A DNA stretch of 56,680 nucleotides from Chloroflexota bacterium (GCA_013151955.1 JAADHH010000013.1:1-56680); one strand, 5' to 3'; numbered from the stretch's first letter, positions 1-9,670 are shown. Notes: generated by a model not told the origin, from the letters alone. A program made the numbers and translations.

Positions 1-96
1 GGGGTCCCTATACGATTTTCATCCCTCTGCGCCTTTGCGTTAAAACAATTCTCACCCCCAAACTGAAATACACCCGATTTTGAAGGACTGCTGCCC

Positions 97-1458
97 CTAC
101 CGGAGTTGGGGAAGTATGAAGCCATACAAACTGTACACGTCCAGGGCAAACATGCCGATGATCAAGAACGCCACCGCCAGCTTCCACCTGTGGAGGGAAA
201 TCACGTCTTGCAACCCTATGGCCAGGAACAGGCCGATGGGGATTAGTGCCGGAAAAAGGTATCGCCCCTGAAATTGCACAAAGGCCATATTATACCCCAT
301 ATACGCCAGAATCGTCGCGAACAGGGTGAACCCCAGGGTTGCCAATCCCTTTGAGCGGATTGGAGGCTGGCTGGTACGCTGGTTCAACCAAACGTCTTTA
401 TAATAAAGAAAGAAGCCCAGCACAGCCAGCGCAGTAAAGATAAAGAGGACGTCATACGTCCGGGCACTCATCGGCACGCCCATCCAGCCAAATTGCCCCC
501 AGAAACTGTGGAAGGTCGTGACCAGAAAACGTCGCGCGTACCCCGAGGCCCCGTACAAGGTTAACCATTCCGACGTCCGTGGCTGGCCCACCACGACAGC
601 GCTGTGCCGGAGCAATCCAAAAACATCTTTTTGCCCGTAGACCAGCGCGTTCCGCACGAGCCACGGAGACACAATCACCCCCGCGACTCCCCATATCACC
701 AACAGGCCGCCGAACACTGTACCCAAGAACCCCCTACCCGGGCCTTGCTCCGCTCCCTTTTCGTCCCTCCCCAGCCACAAGGCGACCGGCACCGCCAAAA
801 CGGCCACCGCTACCGTGACCTTGGTGAGCAATCCTAATCCCAAGAAGAGACCCGTTGCCAAGCGCGTTCGCAACAAGGTATCTTGCGTTGCCGGGCGAAT
901 CAATAACCACAAAGCCCCGGCAATCAGAAATTCCGCCAGCGTATCATTATTGATTGCCGCAGTCATGGCCACGTGCATAGGAACCGTCGCCACAATTGTC
1001 GCTGCGGCCAGGGCCAGCGCCGGCTTATCGGAAAACAGGGTGATGGCGATGAAGTAGGCGAACACGACAACTCCCGCCCCCAACAACACCGAAAGCAGCC
1101 GCAACACCAGCACCTGCGTCGAGAGAGCCTGCTGCGCTACCACTTTATAGACCAACGCGGCCAGGGCATAATAGAGCGGAGGCTGATGAAACTCGTAACG
1201 AATTGGCGCTATCGACATGCCCGGAGGAAACTTGTTTGCCTTGATCTCTTCGAGGTACCCTGCCGGATAATCACCCGGTTCAAGGACGGGAACCTTGCCG
1301 GTGTTTGCCAAAGACGTAATATAATTGTAATGAGCCGGTTCGTCAGGAGCCTGCCACATAGGCGTCTGCCAGGCATAAAGAGAGGCCACCAACACATACC
1401 CTGCCACAAGGAGAACGAGGGGCCAAGTCCCTCTATCTGTTTGCTCCACGTTCGTCAT
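97..1458 (-). CDS. GT-C fold (ArnT/PMT-like, DUF2142-like) polytopic membrane glycosyltransferase
   Basis: 453 aa with many TM segments; first-loop 'QAPDEPAHYNY' (DE motif), 'HQPPLYY', 'NNDTLA', 'LLTK', 'QGRYLFP'. Confidence 0.8.
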   Translation of the reverse strand: MTNVEQTDRGTWPLVLLVAGYVLVASLYAWQTPMWQAPDEPAHYNYITSLANTGKVPVLEPGDYPAGYLEEIKANKFPPGMSIAPIRYEFHQPPLYYALAALVYKVVAQQALSTQVLVLRLLSVLLGAGVVVFAYFIAITLFSDKPALALAAATIVATVPMHVAMTAAINNDTLAEFLIAGALWLLIRPATQDTLLRTRLATGLFLGLGLLTKVTVAVAVLAVPVALWLGRDEKGAEQGPGRGFLGTVFGGLLVIWGVAGVIVSPWLVRNALVYGQKDVFGLLRHSAVVVGQPRTSEWLTLYGASGYARRFLVTTFHSFWGQFGWMGVPMSARTYDVLFIFTALAVLGFFLYYKDVWLNQRTSQPPIRSKGLATLGFTLFATILAYMGYNMAFVQFQGRYLFPALIPIGLFLAIGLQDVISLHRWKLAVAFLIIGMFALDVYSLYGFILPQLR

Positions 1459-1506
1459 TCAATCACCATCCAGCACGCCTCCTGCACAAATCGCTTCCTT
1501 CCCCTT

Positions 1507-1535
1507 TTGACAACGTTTGCAAGACTTGGTACAAT
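1507..1535 (+). promoter_or_regulatory. sigma70 promoter for the 1593 gene and maf
   Basis: TTGACA(1507-1512)-17 bp-TACAAT(1530-1535), with an extended -10 TG. Confidence 0.8.
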
Positions 1536-1592
1536 AGGGAGCCAATTTTCAGTCGAACACGCGTCTTGTAGGGAGTACCAGAGAAGAGATCT

Positions 1593-2312
1593 ATGTCTTC
1601 CATTTTACCTATTATCTCAAACTACGCCTTAGCCATTTACGTTACCTGCACTGCCGGCGTTTTGTTCTATCTGCGTTTCCTGATGCAAGCACAAAGGGAA
1701 GAGCGCCAGTCTATTTTTGCCCTGGAGAAAGAAACTGCCGCAACCGAGGCCCGAAGATCTCTGATTATTGTCTTTGTCTTCCTGGCAATTATGGTTGCAA
1801 CGGGACTCCTCGACCTGGTTATTCTCCCAACTCAAAATCACCTGGCCCCGACGCCGACCCCGACGCCGTTCGAGGCGATACCGCTGACCCCCACACCGCC
1901 GCCAACGGCAACCGCTACGCCGACAACGCCCCCCCGTCCAACGCGGCGACCACGCCCGACAGCGACCCCCGTCCCGCCGACCACGCCGCCGCAGCCCATC
2001 GCCAATTGTCCGAACCCGGGTGTGCGCATCACCTCACCCCGCATGAACGCCCAGATTCAAGGCATCGTTCCGATCAAAGGTACGGCCAGTATCACAAATT
2101 TCTCTTTCTATAAAACAGAATACGGCGCAGGAAGCAAGCCCACCGTATGGCACAGCCTTAGCAGCACCCATGCAAATGCCGTTGTGAATGGCACATTGGA
2201 CGTGTGGAACACGGCCGGCTTCCCCGCAGGAACCTACACAGTGCGCCTAACGGTTGTGGACCAGACCAGCAACTTCCCCACCCCATGTACCGTACAAGTG
2301 GTCATACCATAA
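1593..2312 (+). CDS. Membrane protein: two N-terminal TMs, Pro/Thr-rich linker, C-terminal Ig-like beta domain
   Basis: Hydrophobic N-terminus, PTPTPTP tract, C-terminal domain 'CPNPGVRITSP...GTYTVRLTVVD...PC' bracketed by two Cys. Confidence 0.7.
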   Translation: MSSILPIISNYALAIYVTCTAGVLFYLRFLMQAQREERQSIFALEKETAATEARRSLIIVFVFLAIMVATGLLDLVILPTQNHLAPTPTPTPFEAIPLTPTPPPTATATPTTPPRPTRRPRPTATPVPPTTPPQPIANCPNPGVRITSPRMNAQIQGIVPIKGTASITNFSFYKTEYGAGSKPTVWHSLSSTHANAVVNGTLDVWNTAGFPAGTYTVRLTVVDQTSNFPTPCTVQVVIP

Positions 2313-2318
2313 TCGCCC

Positions 2319-2987
2319 ATGCCCTCTGCCCACGCACCAGGCACGCCGCCCGAACTGATCCTTGCTTCTGCATCGCCCCGTCGCCAGCAACTTTTGCGTC
2401 TCTTGCACATCCCTTTCCGCGTCCAGGTCGCCGAAATAGACGAAACGCCCCACATCGCGGAAAGCCCGACGGAGACTGTACAACGGCTGGCTCACCACAA
2501 GGCCCAGATGATCGCCCAACAGAACCGCGAGTCTCTGGTACTGGCCGCCGATACGCTTGTCGTCTTCCGCAACGAAGTGATCGGCAAGCCGGCCGGGCCG
2601 GCCGAAGCCACCGCCATCCTCCACCGCTTGCGTGGCCAACGCCACACCGTTCTCACCACTTTTGCCCTGCTTCACGTTGCGACAGAACTTGACCTGGTCG
2701 AAACTTCGGAGACCCATGTCTGGATGCGCCCCTATACAAACCAGGAAATCGCCGATTATGTGGCCAGCGGAGACCCCCTCGATAAAGCGGCCGCCTACGC
2801 GATCCAGCATCCCACCTTTCGACCGGTGGAACGCACCAAGGGTTGTCCCGTCTCGGTAATGGGCCTCCCACTCTGCCTCGTTGCCCGCGCATTCAGACAA
2901 TCGGGCGTCGGGGGCTTGGCTCAGGTTGCCAACTCCTGTGACCCCGCGTCCAACCATTGCGCTGTGACCAAATTGCTGGGCCTATAA
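2319..2987 (+). CDS. maf: Maf family nucleoside triphosphate pyrophosphatase
   Basis: 'LILASASPRRQQLL', 'IDET', 'LAADTLV', 'GKP', 'DKAAAYAIQ', 'VMGLP'. Confidence 0.93.
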   Translation: MPSAHAPGTPPELILASASPRRQQLLRLLHIPFRVQVAEIDETPHIAESPTETVQRLAHHKAQMIAQQNRESLVLAADTLVVFRNEVIGKPAGPAEATAILHRLRGQRHTVLTTFALLHVATELDLVETSETHVWMRPYTNQEIADYVASGDPLDKAAAYAIQHPTFRPVERTKGCPVSVMGLPLCLVARAFRQSGVGGLAQVANSCDPASNHCAVTKLLGL

Positions 2988-2989
2988 CG

Positions 2990-3826
2990 CTACAACTTCA
3001 GGCCGCTGATCAATTTTTTCTCGGCATCTCCCTCTATCGTGGCCGACACTTCTACATACGGTTCCAAACCCGACCCGTGCAGTTTCTTCTTGAGCAACTC
3101 ATCCACTTGAAAGATTCCGGCCGAATTCACCATGTGTATATGAATAGAGATCGGTTTTACCGACCCTTTTTCAATCACCACGTCCGCTACCGCCGCCGCC
3201 GACAAAGAATGGATATTCACCGAGCCGGTCTCGAAGGGAATCCGCGAACGTCCCTTGGCCATGTCCAGCGCATCGGCCACGCGAATCACACCGGCCTCCA
3301 CCGTATAAGGGTGCCCCCCACTGCGGTGAGAAATGATGGCATGCAAAATCTCGGCCGTCATCACCGTACGCACCGCCGGATCGTACAACCCTTCCAACAA
3401 ATCCTTCACCTTCGGCTGTGCCACAAAAAGGCTAAACGACTCATGATCCTCACGGTGGATAGACATCCCCACATCGTGCAACAACGAAGCCAAAACCACC
3501 ACAACCTCCGCGTCGTCGTTCGATAGGCCGTAATCGCGCACGATGCCCGGTTCCACACCCCAATCGATCAGAATGCGAATCAAACGAAGGGCAATGTTGG
3601 AGACAACCTGCATGTGTACGGGACCATGATCGCTCATGCCCAAGCGATCCACCGCATTCACATTTTGCGCGCGCCACAAAAAGAAAAGTTCCTCGTCCGC
3701 ATTCACACGCTCGATCACCGCTTGCAGCGTCGGGTTGTGACGGGCCGGAAGACGAATAGCAATTTCCCTTGCAAATCTCTCTGCGCGAAGAGATTCACCC
3801 TTGACCAAACTATCAGATGAATTCAA
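2990..3826 (-). CDS. HD-domain phosphohydrolase
   Basis: 'DHGPVH', 'LLHDVG', 'H..H', 'ADALD' metal ligands; TTG start preceded by an AAGGAGG RBS. Confidence 0.85.
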   Translation of the reverse strand: MNSSDSLVKGESLRAERFAREIAIRLPARHNPTLQAVIERVNADEELFFLWRAQNVNAVDRLGMSDHGPVHMQVVSNIALRLIRILIDWGVEPGIVRDYGLSNDDAEVVVVLASLLHDVGMSIHREDHESFSLFVAQPKVKDLLEGLYDPAVRTVMTAEILHAIISHRSGGHPYTVEAGVIRVADALDMAKGRSRIPFETGSVNIHSLSAAAVADVVIEKGSVKPISIHIHMVNSAGIFQVDELLKKKLHGSGLEPYVEVSATIEGDAEKKLISGLKL

Positions 3827-3856
3827 CGGAGGGCCTCCTTTGCCATGATTTCGTAT

Positions 3857-3885
3857 ACTATACCATGACTTACATCAAAAGACAA
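3857..3885 (-). promoter_or_regulatory. sigma70 promoter for the HD gene
   Basis: Minus strand TTGTCT-17 bp-TATAGT with an extended -10 TG. Confidence 0.6.
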
Positions 3886-3903
3886 AGTAGAGGGCCACCA
3901 CTT

Positions 3904-3932
3904 TGTAGGGGCAAGGAATCCTCCCCCCTACA
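3904..3932. repeat. GTAG-class REP-like hairpin
   Basis: tgtagggg...cccctaca inverted repeat in the divergent intergenic region. Confidence 0.55.
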
Positions 3933-4053
3933 GTTCCCCACAGTTTTGCGCTATCCCCCCGTCGCACGGGTGTCCGTCATTTTTTTGCGTTGGGGTTTCA
4001 CCGCCCCCTCGACCAACGCAAAACTTTGACGCACACCCCCAGAATGCTTCGTG

Positions 4054-4082
4054 TTGCGCACACGGGCAATGTATTGTATAAT
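4054..4082 (+). promoter_or_regulatory. sigma70 promoter for the cyclase-patatin genes
   Basis: TTGCGC(4054-4059)-17 bp-TATAAT(4077-4082). Confidence 0.6.
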
Positions 4083-4184
4083 CTACGCGTAGAAACTAGC
4101 AAGCCGAGCAAAGGTGTTTGCAGCTACAATCGTGCCCGGACGCTACGGCGTCCAGGCATGAAAACGCATCTGAGAGGAAAGCTC

Positions 4185-7100
4185 ATGTCGCAGCGTTGTC
4201 CGGCCTGCGGTCACGACAACCCGCCTGGCATAATCATCTGCACAACGTGTGCAGCGACGCTAGTCAACGCCTGTCCCCAGTGCGGGTTTGAAAGCCCTGT
4301 CGGCTTCAAATTTTGTGGAAACTGTGGGGAGAGCCTTCTTCCCAAGACGGCCCCCACCACCCCTTCCGAAACCGAAGAAATCTGGAACCGCCTGCGCAGC
4401 TACATCCCCGAACACCTGGCGGAGAAACTGCTCTCCTCCCGCAGCAAGATCGAGGGAGAACGCCGAAACGTTACCGTGCTGTTTGCCGATATCCAGGGTT
4501 TCACCTCCCTGGCCGAAACACTCGACCCCGAACGTGTCTACGACCTTTTGAGCGATTGTATGCGGGGCTTCGCCGACCAGATACACCAACAAGAGGGAAC
4601 CGTAGACAAATTCATCGGCGACGGCATCATGGCCCTGTTCGGCGCGCCCCTCACCCATGAAAACGACCCGGAAAGAGCCGTTCGCTCGGCACTCGGTATG
4701 TTATCTTTCCTGGAAACCTTCAATCAATCCTTGAAAGAGAATTTCGGCATAACCCTCCACGTACGCATCGGCCTGAATGCCGGCATGGTTGTCGCCGGCA
4801 CCGTCGGGTCAGACCTGCGCATGCAATACACCGTCATTGGGGATACCGTCAATCTCGCCTCCCGGCTGGAAGAACTGGCCACCCCAGACACAATCTTGGT
4901 AAGCCAAACAGTGTGGGACGCGACAGCAACCATCTTCGATTATCTACCTCGCGGGCCGGTGAAAGTCAAGGGGCGCAAGGCCCCCGTCGAAATCTACCAG
5001 GTCATCGGCTTGAAAACCCACCCGGGCGCGGCAAGAGGTATTCGCGGCCTGCAAGCGCCCATGATCGGGCGAAACCGCGAACTTGTCCAATTGCACCAGA
5101 CCATTTCTGACCTCGCCGAACGGCACAAAGGGCAAATCGTCCTTTTGACGGGAGAAGCCGGCATCGGCAAATCTCGCCTGGTCTCCGAAAGCAAACATTT
5201 TATGCAGCAATATCGCCTGCGCGTGATTGAAGCAGTTTGCCGCTCTCACACAGCCCATGTCAGCTACTGGCTCTTCCAGCAACTGTTCAACCAGGCCTTC
5301 GGCTTGCGCGAAGGGGACAGCGACGAAACAAAGTCCCAGAAGATACGCCTGGGCACGAAATCCCTGATACCCACAGAATACGAAGACGTGCTCCCGTTCC
5401 TACTCCGCCTGCTGGATGTCACGCCGGCCGACCCCAAGATGGCCGACCGCATCCGCCACCTATCCCCCGAGCAACTTCGCCGGCAGACATTTCTCGCCCT
5501 GCGCCGCCTGGTACTGAGCGCCACCGAAGTGCAGCCCCTCGTCATCCTCATCGATGACCTCCACTGGGTAGACCGCGCATCGTTGGAACTGCTCCTTTTC
5601 TTGATACCCCTCGTGGGACAGTGCGACCTTTACATGGGACTCATCTCTCGACCCTACGAAGGACAGGCGGCCAACTTGATTCACCGTCTGGCATCCGATA
5701 CCTGCCCTGGCTCCTATCTCTCGCTTCCGCTAACCAAACTATCCCGCGCCGATAGCCATACCTTGGTGACTACACTCCTCCGAGAATCGGTTTTGCCGGC
5801 CAGCGTTCAAGAAGGCATCTCCGAAAAAGCGGAGGGCAACCCCTTTTTCCTGGAAGAAGTCATCCGCCTGCTCATCGAGCAGGGAGCAATTTGGCGCGAC
5901 AACGGTATCTGGAATGCCAAGCCAGACCTGGACCTGAAGACCCTGGACATTCCCCAGTCCCTGCACGCCCTGTTGATGAGTCGTGTAGACCGCCTGCCGG
6001 AAGAATTAAAATACGTGCTCCAGTGTAGCTCCGTGATCGGACCCCACGTTCCCTTTCCTCTCCTCCAAGCCGTCGTGGGAAAGGAATACGGCCCGTCACT
6101 AGACACAGGATTGCAAGAGTTGGCATCTCGCGAATTCCTGGACCCGCAACCGCAAGAGAAACATACCTACACATTTCGTCATACACTGGTCCGCGAAACC
6201 GTGTACGGCACACTCCTCACCCCGCGACGCCGCGAACTGCACCAACGCGTAGGCCGCAGCCTGGAAAAACTCCACGCCCACCGGCTGGACGAAGTCATCG
6301 ACCTGCTCGCCTACCATTTCAGCGAGGCAAACGACCCGGCACGCGCGCTCCCATACACCATCCGCTCGGCTGAACGAACCATGAACCGCTTTGCCTACGA
6401 AGATGCCGTGAATCTCTTTGAACGCGCCGAGAAATTTTTCGGAGCCGTCTCCCCCACGTTCGATCAAAAACTGCGCGTCTACCAAGGTTTGGGAGACGCT
6501 AAGACCTTTACCAGCGATTTCGATGCTGCGCTCAAAGCCTTTGAGCGCGCCCTCCTCCTGCTCCGGGAACAAGCCGACCAAGAAGACCAGCGCCGCCTCG
6601 TAGCAGAGCAACTGCGCAAGATCGGCCGCACCTGGGAACGAAAAGCCGATTATGACGAATCCCTTCGGTGGCTTGGGTTGGCCCTGGCCGAATTGGATAT
6701 GGCAGACGACACGATCAAGACGGTGGAAAGAGCGCGTGTATACAACGATATGGGCTGGGTCAACTATCGTCAAGGGCAATCGCGCAAGGCCCTCTCGTGG
6801 GCCGTCCGTGCACTCGAGATTCTGGAGGGCACAGAACACTATCAAGACATCGCCTCCGCATACAACCGCCTGGTCGCCGTGTACTACCAAACAGGCCAGT
6901 GGACAAAAGCGATTGAGTTCGCCGAAAAAGGCTTACAACTCCGCGAACAAATCGGCTATACCTACGGCGTGGCCAATTCATTGGGAAACCTCGCCGCCCT
7001 CCTCACCATCGAAGGGGCCTGGGATCGGGCTTTGGCGTGCGTAGAACGAAGCCTGCACTACAGTGAACAGATGGGAGACATAGAGGGGATAGCCGTGTCC

Positions 7101-7808
7101 TACAACAACCTGGGCCTCATCTATCGCGACCGTGGAGATTTCGAGCGGGCCAACGAAGCCTTGAACAAGAGCCTTGCCGAAGCCGAACGAATTCGCAACC
7201 CTCTGCTCATGGTCTTCGCTTATAACAACCTGGGCCACCTCGCCCTCTCTCGCGGCGACCATCAAACTGCGCAGGGCTATTTGCGGCAAAGCCAATCGCT
7301 GGCCACCGAGATCGGCTCAAAAGAACAGCTATCCGAAGCGCTCTGGCTGATGGCCGAGAGCCTCGTCGAATCGAAAAAATACGAAGAAGCGCGCGCGTTG
7401 GCTTTGGAAGCCATTGACCTGGCAAAACAAGTGCAAAGCACAAACAACCGGGGGGCCGCCTTGCGAACCTTGGGAAAGCTTTGCCTGCAAAGCGGGAACC
7501 TTTCTGATGCAGAGGAGTATCTGGTAGCCGCTCGCACCATCTACCAATCACCACAACACCCTTTCGAACTGGCAAAAACACGCCTCCTTTTGGCAGAACT
7601 CAGACGAGAACAACAACGCTTGCCAGAAGCACACAAACTGCTCGACCAGGCAACCGAAACTTTTCAGAAACTGCAAGCCAATCCAGCCCTGGAAAAGGCC
7701 AACGAACTGCGCAGATCATTTCCGCCGGCCGGCACCCCCAACGGCGAAGATACCTCGCTCTTGGACCGGCAACAGCCAACTTATGTAGGGGAAAAAACCA
7801 ATGTCTAA
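4185..7808 (+). CDS. Double zinc ribbon - class III adenylate cyclase - STAND/AAA ATPase - TPR protein
   Basis: Four CxxC pairs; cyclase motifs 'VLFADIQGFT', 'DKFIGDGIMALFG', 'YTVIGDTVNLASRLE'; Walker A 'GEAGIGKS' and Walker B 'LIDDLHW'; 'GNPFFLEE'; TPR-like 'YNNLG' repeats. Start set at ATG 4185 behind GAGAGGA (the ORF track opens at 3990). Confidence 0.9.
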   Translation: MSQRCPACGHDNPPGIIICTTCAATLVNACPQCGFESPVGFKFCGNCGESLLPKTAPTTPSETEEIWNRLRSYIPEHLAEKLLSSRSKIEGERRNVTVLFADIQGFTSLAETLDPERVYDLLSDCMRGFADQIHQQEGTVDKFIGDGIMALFGAPLTHENDPERAVRSALGMLSFLETFNQSLKENFGITLHVRIGLNAGMVVAGTVGSDLRMQYTVIGDTVNLASRLEELATPDTILVSQTVWDATATIFDYLPRGPVKVKGRKAPVEIYQVIGLKTHPGAARGIRGLQAPMIGRNRELVQLHQTISDLAERHKGQIVLLTGEAGIGKSRLVSESKHFMQQYRLRVIEAVCRSHTAHVSYWLFQQLFNQAFGLREGDSDETKSQKIRLGTKSLIPTEYEDVLPFLLRLLDVTPADPKMADRIRHLSPEQLRRQTFLALRRLVLSATEVQPLVILIDDLHWVDRASLELLLFLIPLVGQCDLYMGLISRPYEGQAANLIHRLASDTCPGSYLSLPLTKLSRADSHTLVTTLLRESVLPASVQEGISEKAEGNPFFLEEVIRLLIEQGAIWRDNGIWNAKPDLDLKTLDIPQSLHALLMSRVDRLPEELKYVLQCSSVIGPHVPFPLLQAVVGKEYGPSLDTGLQELASREFLDPQPQEKHTYTFRHTLVRETVYGTLLTPRRRELHQRVGRSLEKLHAHRLDEVIDLLAYHFSEANDPARALPYTIRSAERTMNRFAYEDAVNLFERAEKFFGAVSPTFDQKLRVYQGLGDAKTFTSDFDAALKAFERALLLLREQADQEDQRRLVAEQLRKIGRTWERKADYDESLRWLGLALAELDMADDTIKTVERARVYNDMGWVNYRQGQSRKALSWAVRALEILEGTEHYQDIASAYNRLVAVYYQTGQWTKAIEFAEKGLQLREQIGYTYGVANSLGNLAALLTIEGAWDRALACVERSLHYSEQMGDIEGIAVSYNNLGLIYRDRGDFERANEALNKSLAEAERIRNPLLMVFAYNNLGHLALSRGDHQTAQGYLRQSQSLATEIGSKEQLSEALWLMAESLVESKKYEEARALALEAIDLAKQVQSTNNRGAALRTLGKLCLQSGNLSDAEEYLVAARTIYQSPQHPFELAKTRLLLAELRREQQRLPEAHKLLDQATETFQKLQANPALEKANELRRSFPPAGTPNGEDTSLLDRQQPTYVGEKTNV

Positions 7809-9468
7809 AGAAGCCACATCCATGGAACAGCACCTTCGACGTATCTCTTTCTTTAGCAACTTGCCTGACGAAACACTCCGTGCCATCCACAGCCACATGC
7901 AAATACAACGATACCCAAAAGGGAAAAAGGTGGTGGTCGAAGGCGATCTGGCCGATTCAATGTACCTGATTGAATCGGGACAGGTACAGGTCGTCTCCGG
8001 CTCCGGGGCCGATCAACGCATCCTGGCCTATCTGGGACCCGGAAGTTTCTTTGGCGAAATGGCCCTCCTTCTCAGTGAGCGGCGGTCGGCAACCGTAGAA
8101 GTCGTCATTGACACAGAACTCTGGGTATTGCTGAAAACCGACCTGGACAAACTCCTCCAGGAACACCCCTCCCTTGGCCTGACCATCAGCCGTGAACTAA
8201 GTCGTCGACTCCAGCAAACCATTCAACACCCCACACAACGGAAAGAAATCCGGATTATTGCCGTTAGCGGCGCTTTCAGCAGCGAGCTGGCCAGATCCCT
8301 GGCCATACAGACCGCAGAAAGCGTCCTGTGGTTCCCGACCAGCGATTCCGCTCCCAACCTACACCCCGATACCCCAGGCGTTATCCCTTTCAAGCCGCCG
8401 GCGGACTTGACCGTCGAAGGACTCCCCGAAATCCTCAGTCAGGTTTTGCAAGATTACAGTCGAGTCTGCCTGGCCATAGATACCGAAGATAGCCCTCTCG
8501 CCCGCAAGGCCGTAGAGCTGGCGGAAGAAGTAATCCAGGTCGGCGATGTACAGATTCCCTGGGCATACGACATGGCCCTGGACCGCTACAGAGTCACCAC
8601 CCTCGATCCGGTCAGGCTGGGACGCATGGCCCGCAACATTGCCGGAAGGCAAATTGGGTTGGCCCTCTCCAGCGGAAACGCCCGCGGAATCGCCCACATC
8701 GGCATTCTGAAGGTATTCGAAGAAGAGGGCATCCCCATCGATGTCCTGGCCGGAACAAGCGCCGGCTCATTATTCGGAGCGCTCTACGCCGCCGGCATGA
8801 GCACGGACGAAATCGCCGACTTCGCCCGCAACCTGCCCCGAATTACGAGCTTCCGCTTTGGCCTCTGGGACATCAGCATCCCCCCACGATCCAGCCTCAT
8901 TCAGGGAAAGAAGACTCTGAATTACATCCGCGAGCTGCTCGGCAACAAAACCTTCGAGGAATTGACGATTCCTTTCTACGTCGTCTCCGCCGACTATCAT
9001 TGCGGCGAGGAAATCGTCTTCCACGACGGACCGGTGGCCGATGCCGTACGCGCCAGCATCTCCATCATCGGCCTATTCAAACCGATGCACCTGCAGGGCC
9101 GTTACTTTATCGACGGCGGCACCGTAAACCCGGTGCCCACCAGCGTACTTTATGACCACGGCGTGGAAACGATCATCGCCTCCAGCGTAATTCCGAACCT
9201 GGAAGAACGCCTGGAAAGACAAGACCTCCGCCGCCAAGGAAAACTCCCCAACATCGTGGGCATTTTGATGGGTGCCATGGAAATCATGGAGAGCGAAATC
9301 ATTCAATCCCGCATGGGACCAGTAGACGTCTTGATCAAACCAGAAGTGGCCGACCTGCACACCATGCAATACGAAAAAGCCGACGAGTTCATCCGCCGGG
9401 GAGAGGAAGCTGCCCGCAAACACATTGACGCGATAAAGACCTTGATCGCACCGAAGCCGCGAACGTAG
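7801..9468 (+). CDS. Cyclic-nucleotide-binding domain plus patatin-like phospholipase (NTE/RssA-like)
   Basis: CNBD 'FFGEMALL..RRSATV'; patatin 'SSGNARGIAHIG', catalytic 'GTSAG' and 'DGG'; overlaps the cyclase stop by 8 nt. Confidence 0.9.
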   Translation: MSKEATSMEQHLRRISFFSNLPDETLRAIHSHMQIQRYPKGKKVVVEGDLADSMYLIESGQVQVVSGSGADQRILAYLGPGSFFGEMALLLSERRSATVEVVIDTELWVLLKTDLDKLLQEHPSLGLTISRELSRRLQQTIQHPTQRKEIRIIAVSGAFSSELARSLAIQTAESVLWFPTSDSAPNLHPDTPGVIPFKPPADLTVEGLPEILSQVLQDYSRVCLAIDTEDSPLARKAVELAEEVIQVGDVQIPWAYDMALDRYRVTTLDPVRLGRMARNIAGRQIGLALSSGNARGIAHIGILKVFEEEGIPIDVLAGTSAGSLFGALYAAGMSTDEIADFARNLPRITSFRFGLWDISIPPRSSLIQGKKTLNYIRELLGNKTFEELTIPFYVVSADYHCGEEIVFHDGPVADAVRASISIIGLFKPMHLQGRYFIDGGTVNPVPTSVLYDHGVETIIASSVIPNLEERLERQDLRRQGKLPNIVGILMGAMEIMESEIIQSRMGPVDVLIKPEVADLHTMQYEKADEFIRRGEEAARKHIDAIKTLIAPKPRT

Positions 9469-9490
9469 TCGGGGGGCGGGGAGCAACTCT

Positions 9491-9670
9491 GAAACGATGA
9501 ATGCAGAATGATGAACGGCGTGAAACGTAATGAGCGGTTGCACGCCACCACGGATGAAAATGGCGGGACGTGAAACGTAAAACGTGATGCGTGATGCGTA
9601 AGACGCAATACGTTTCACGTCTTCACGTTTTACGTTTTACGTGACACCTGACACGTTATTTTCAAAACAG
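9491..9670. repeat. Composite intergenic repeat, family A copy 1 (heptamer core between fixed flanks)
   Basis: Flanks 'atgagcgg..ggatgaaaatggcgggac' and 'gtgacacctgacacgttattttcaaaacag' recur at 30401-30550 (reverse) and 46483-46603. Confidence 0.9.

Noticed and set aside
3990-4184. N-terminal extension of the cyclase ORF
   Set aside because: Spans the predicted promoter; ATG 4185 has an RBS and directly precedes the zinc ribbon.
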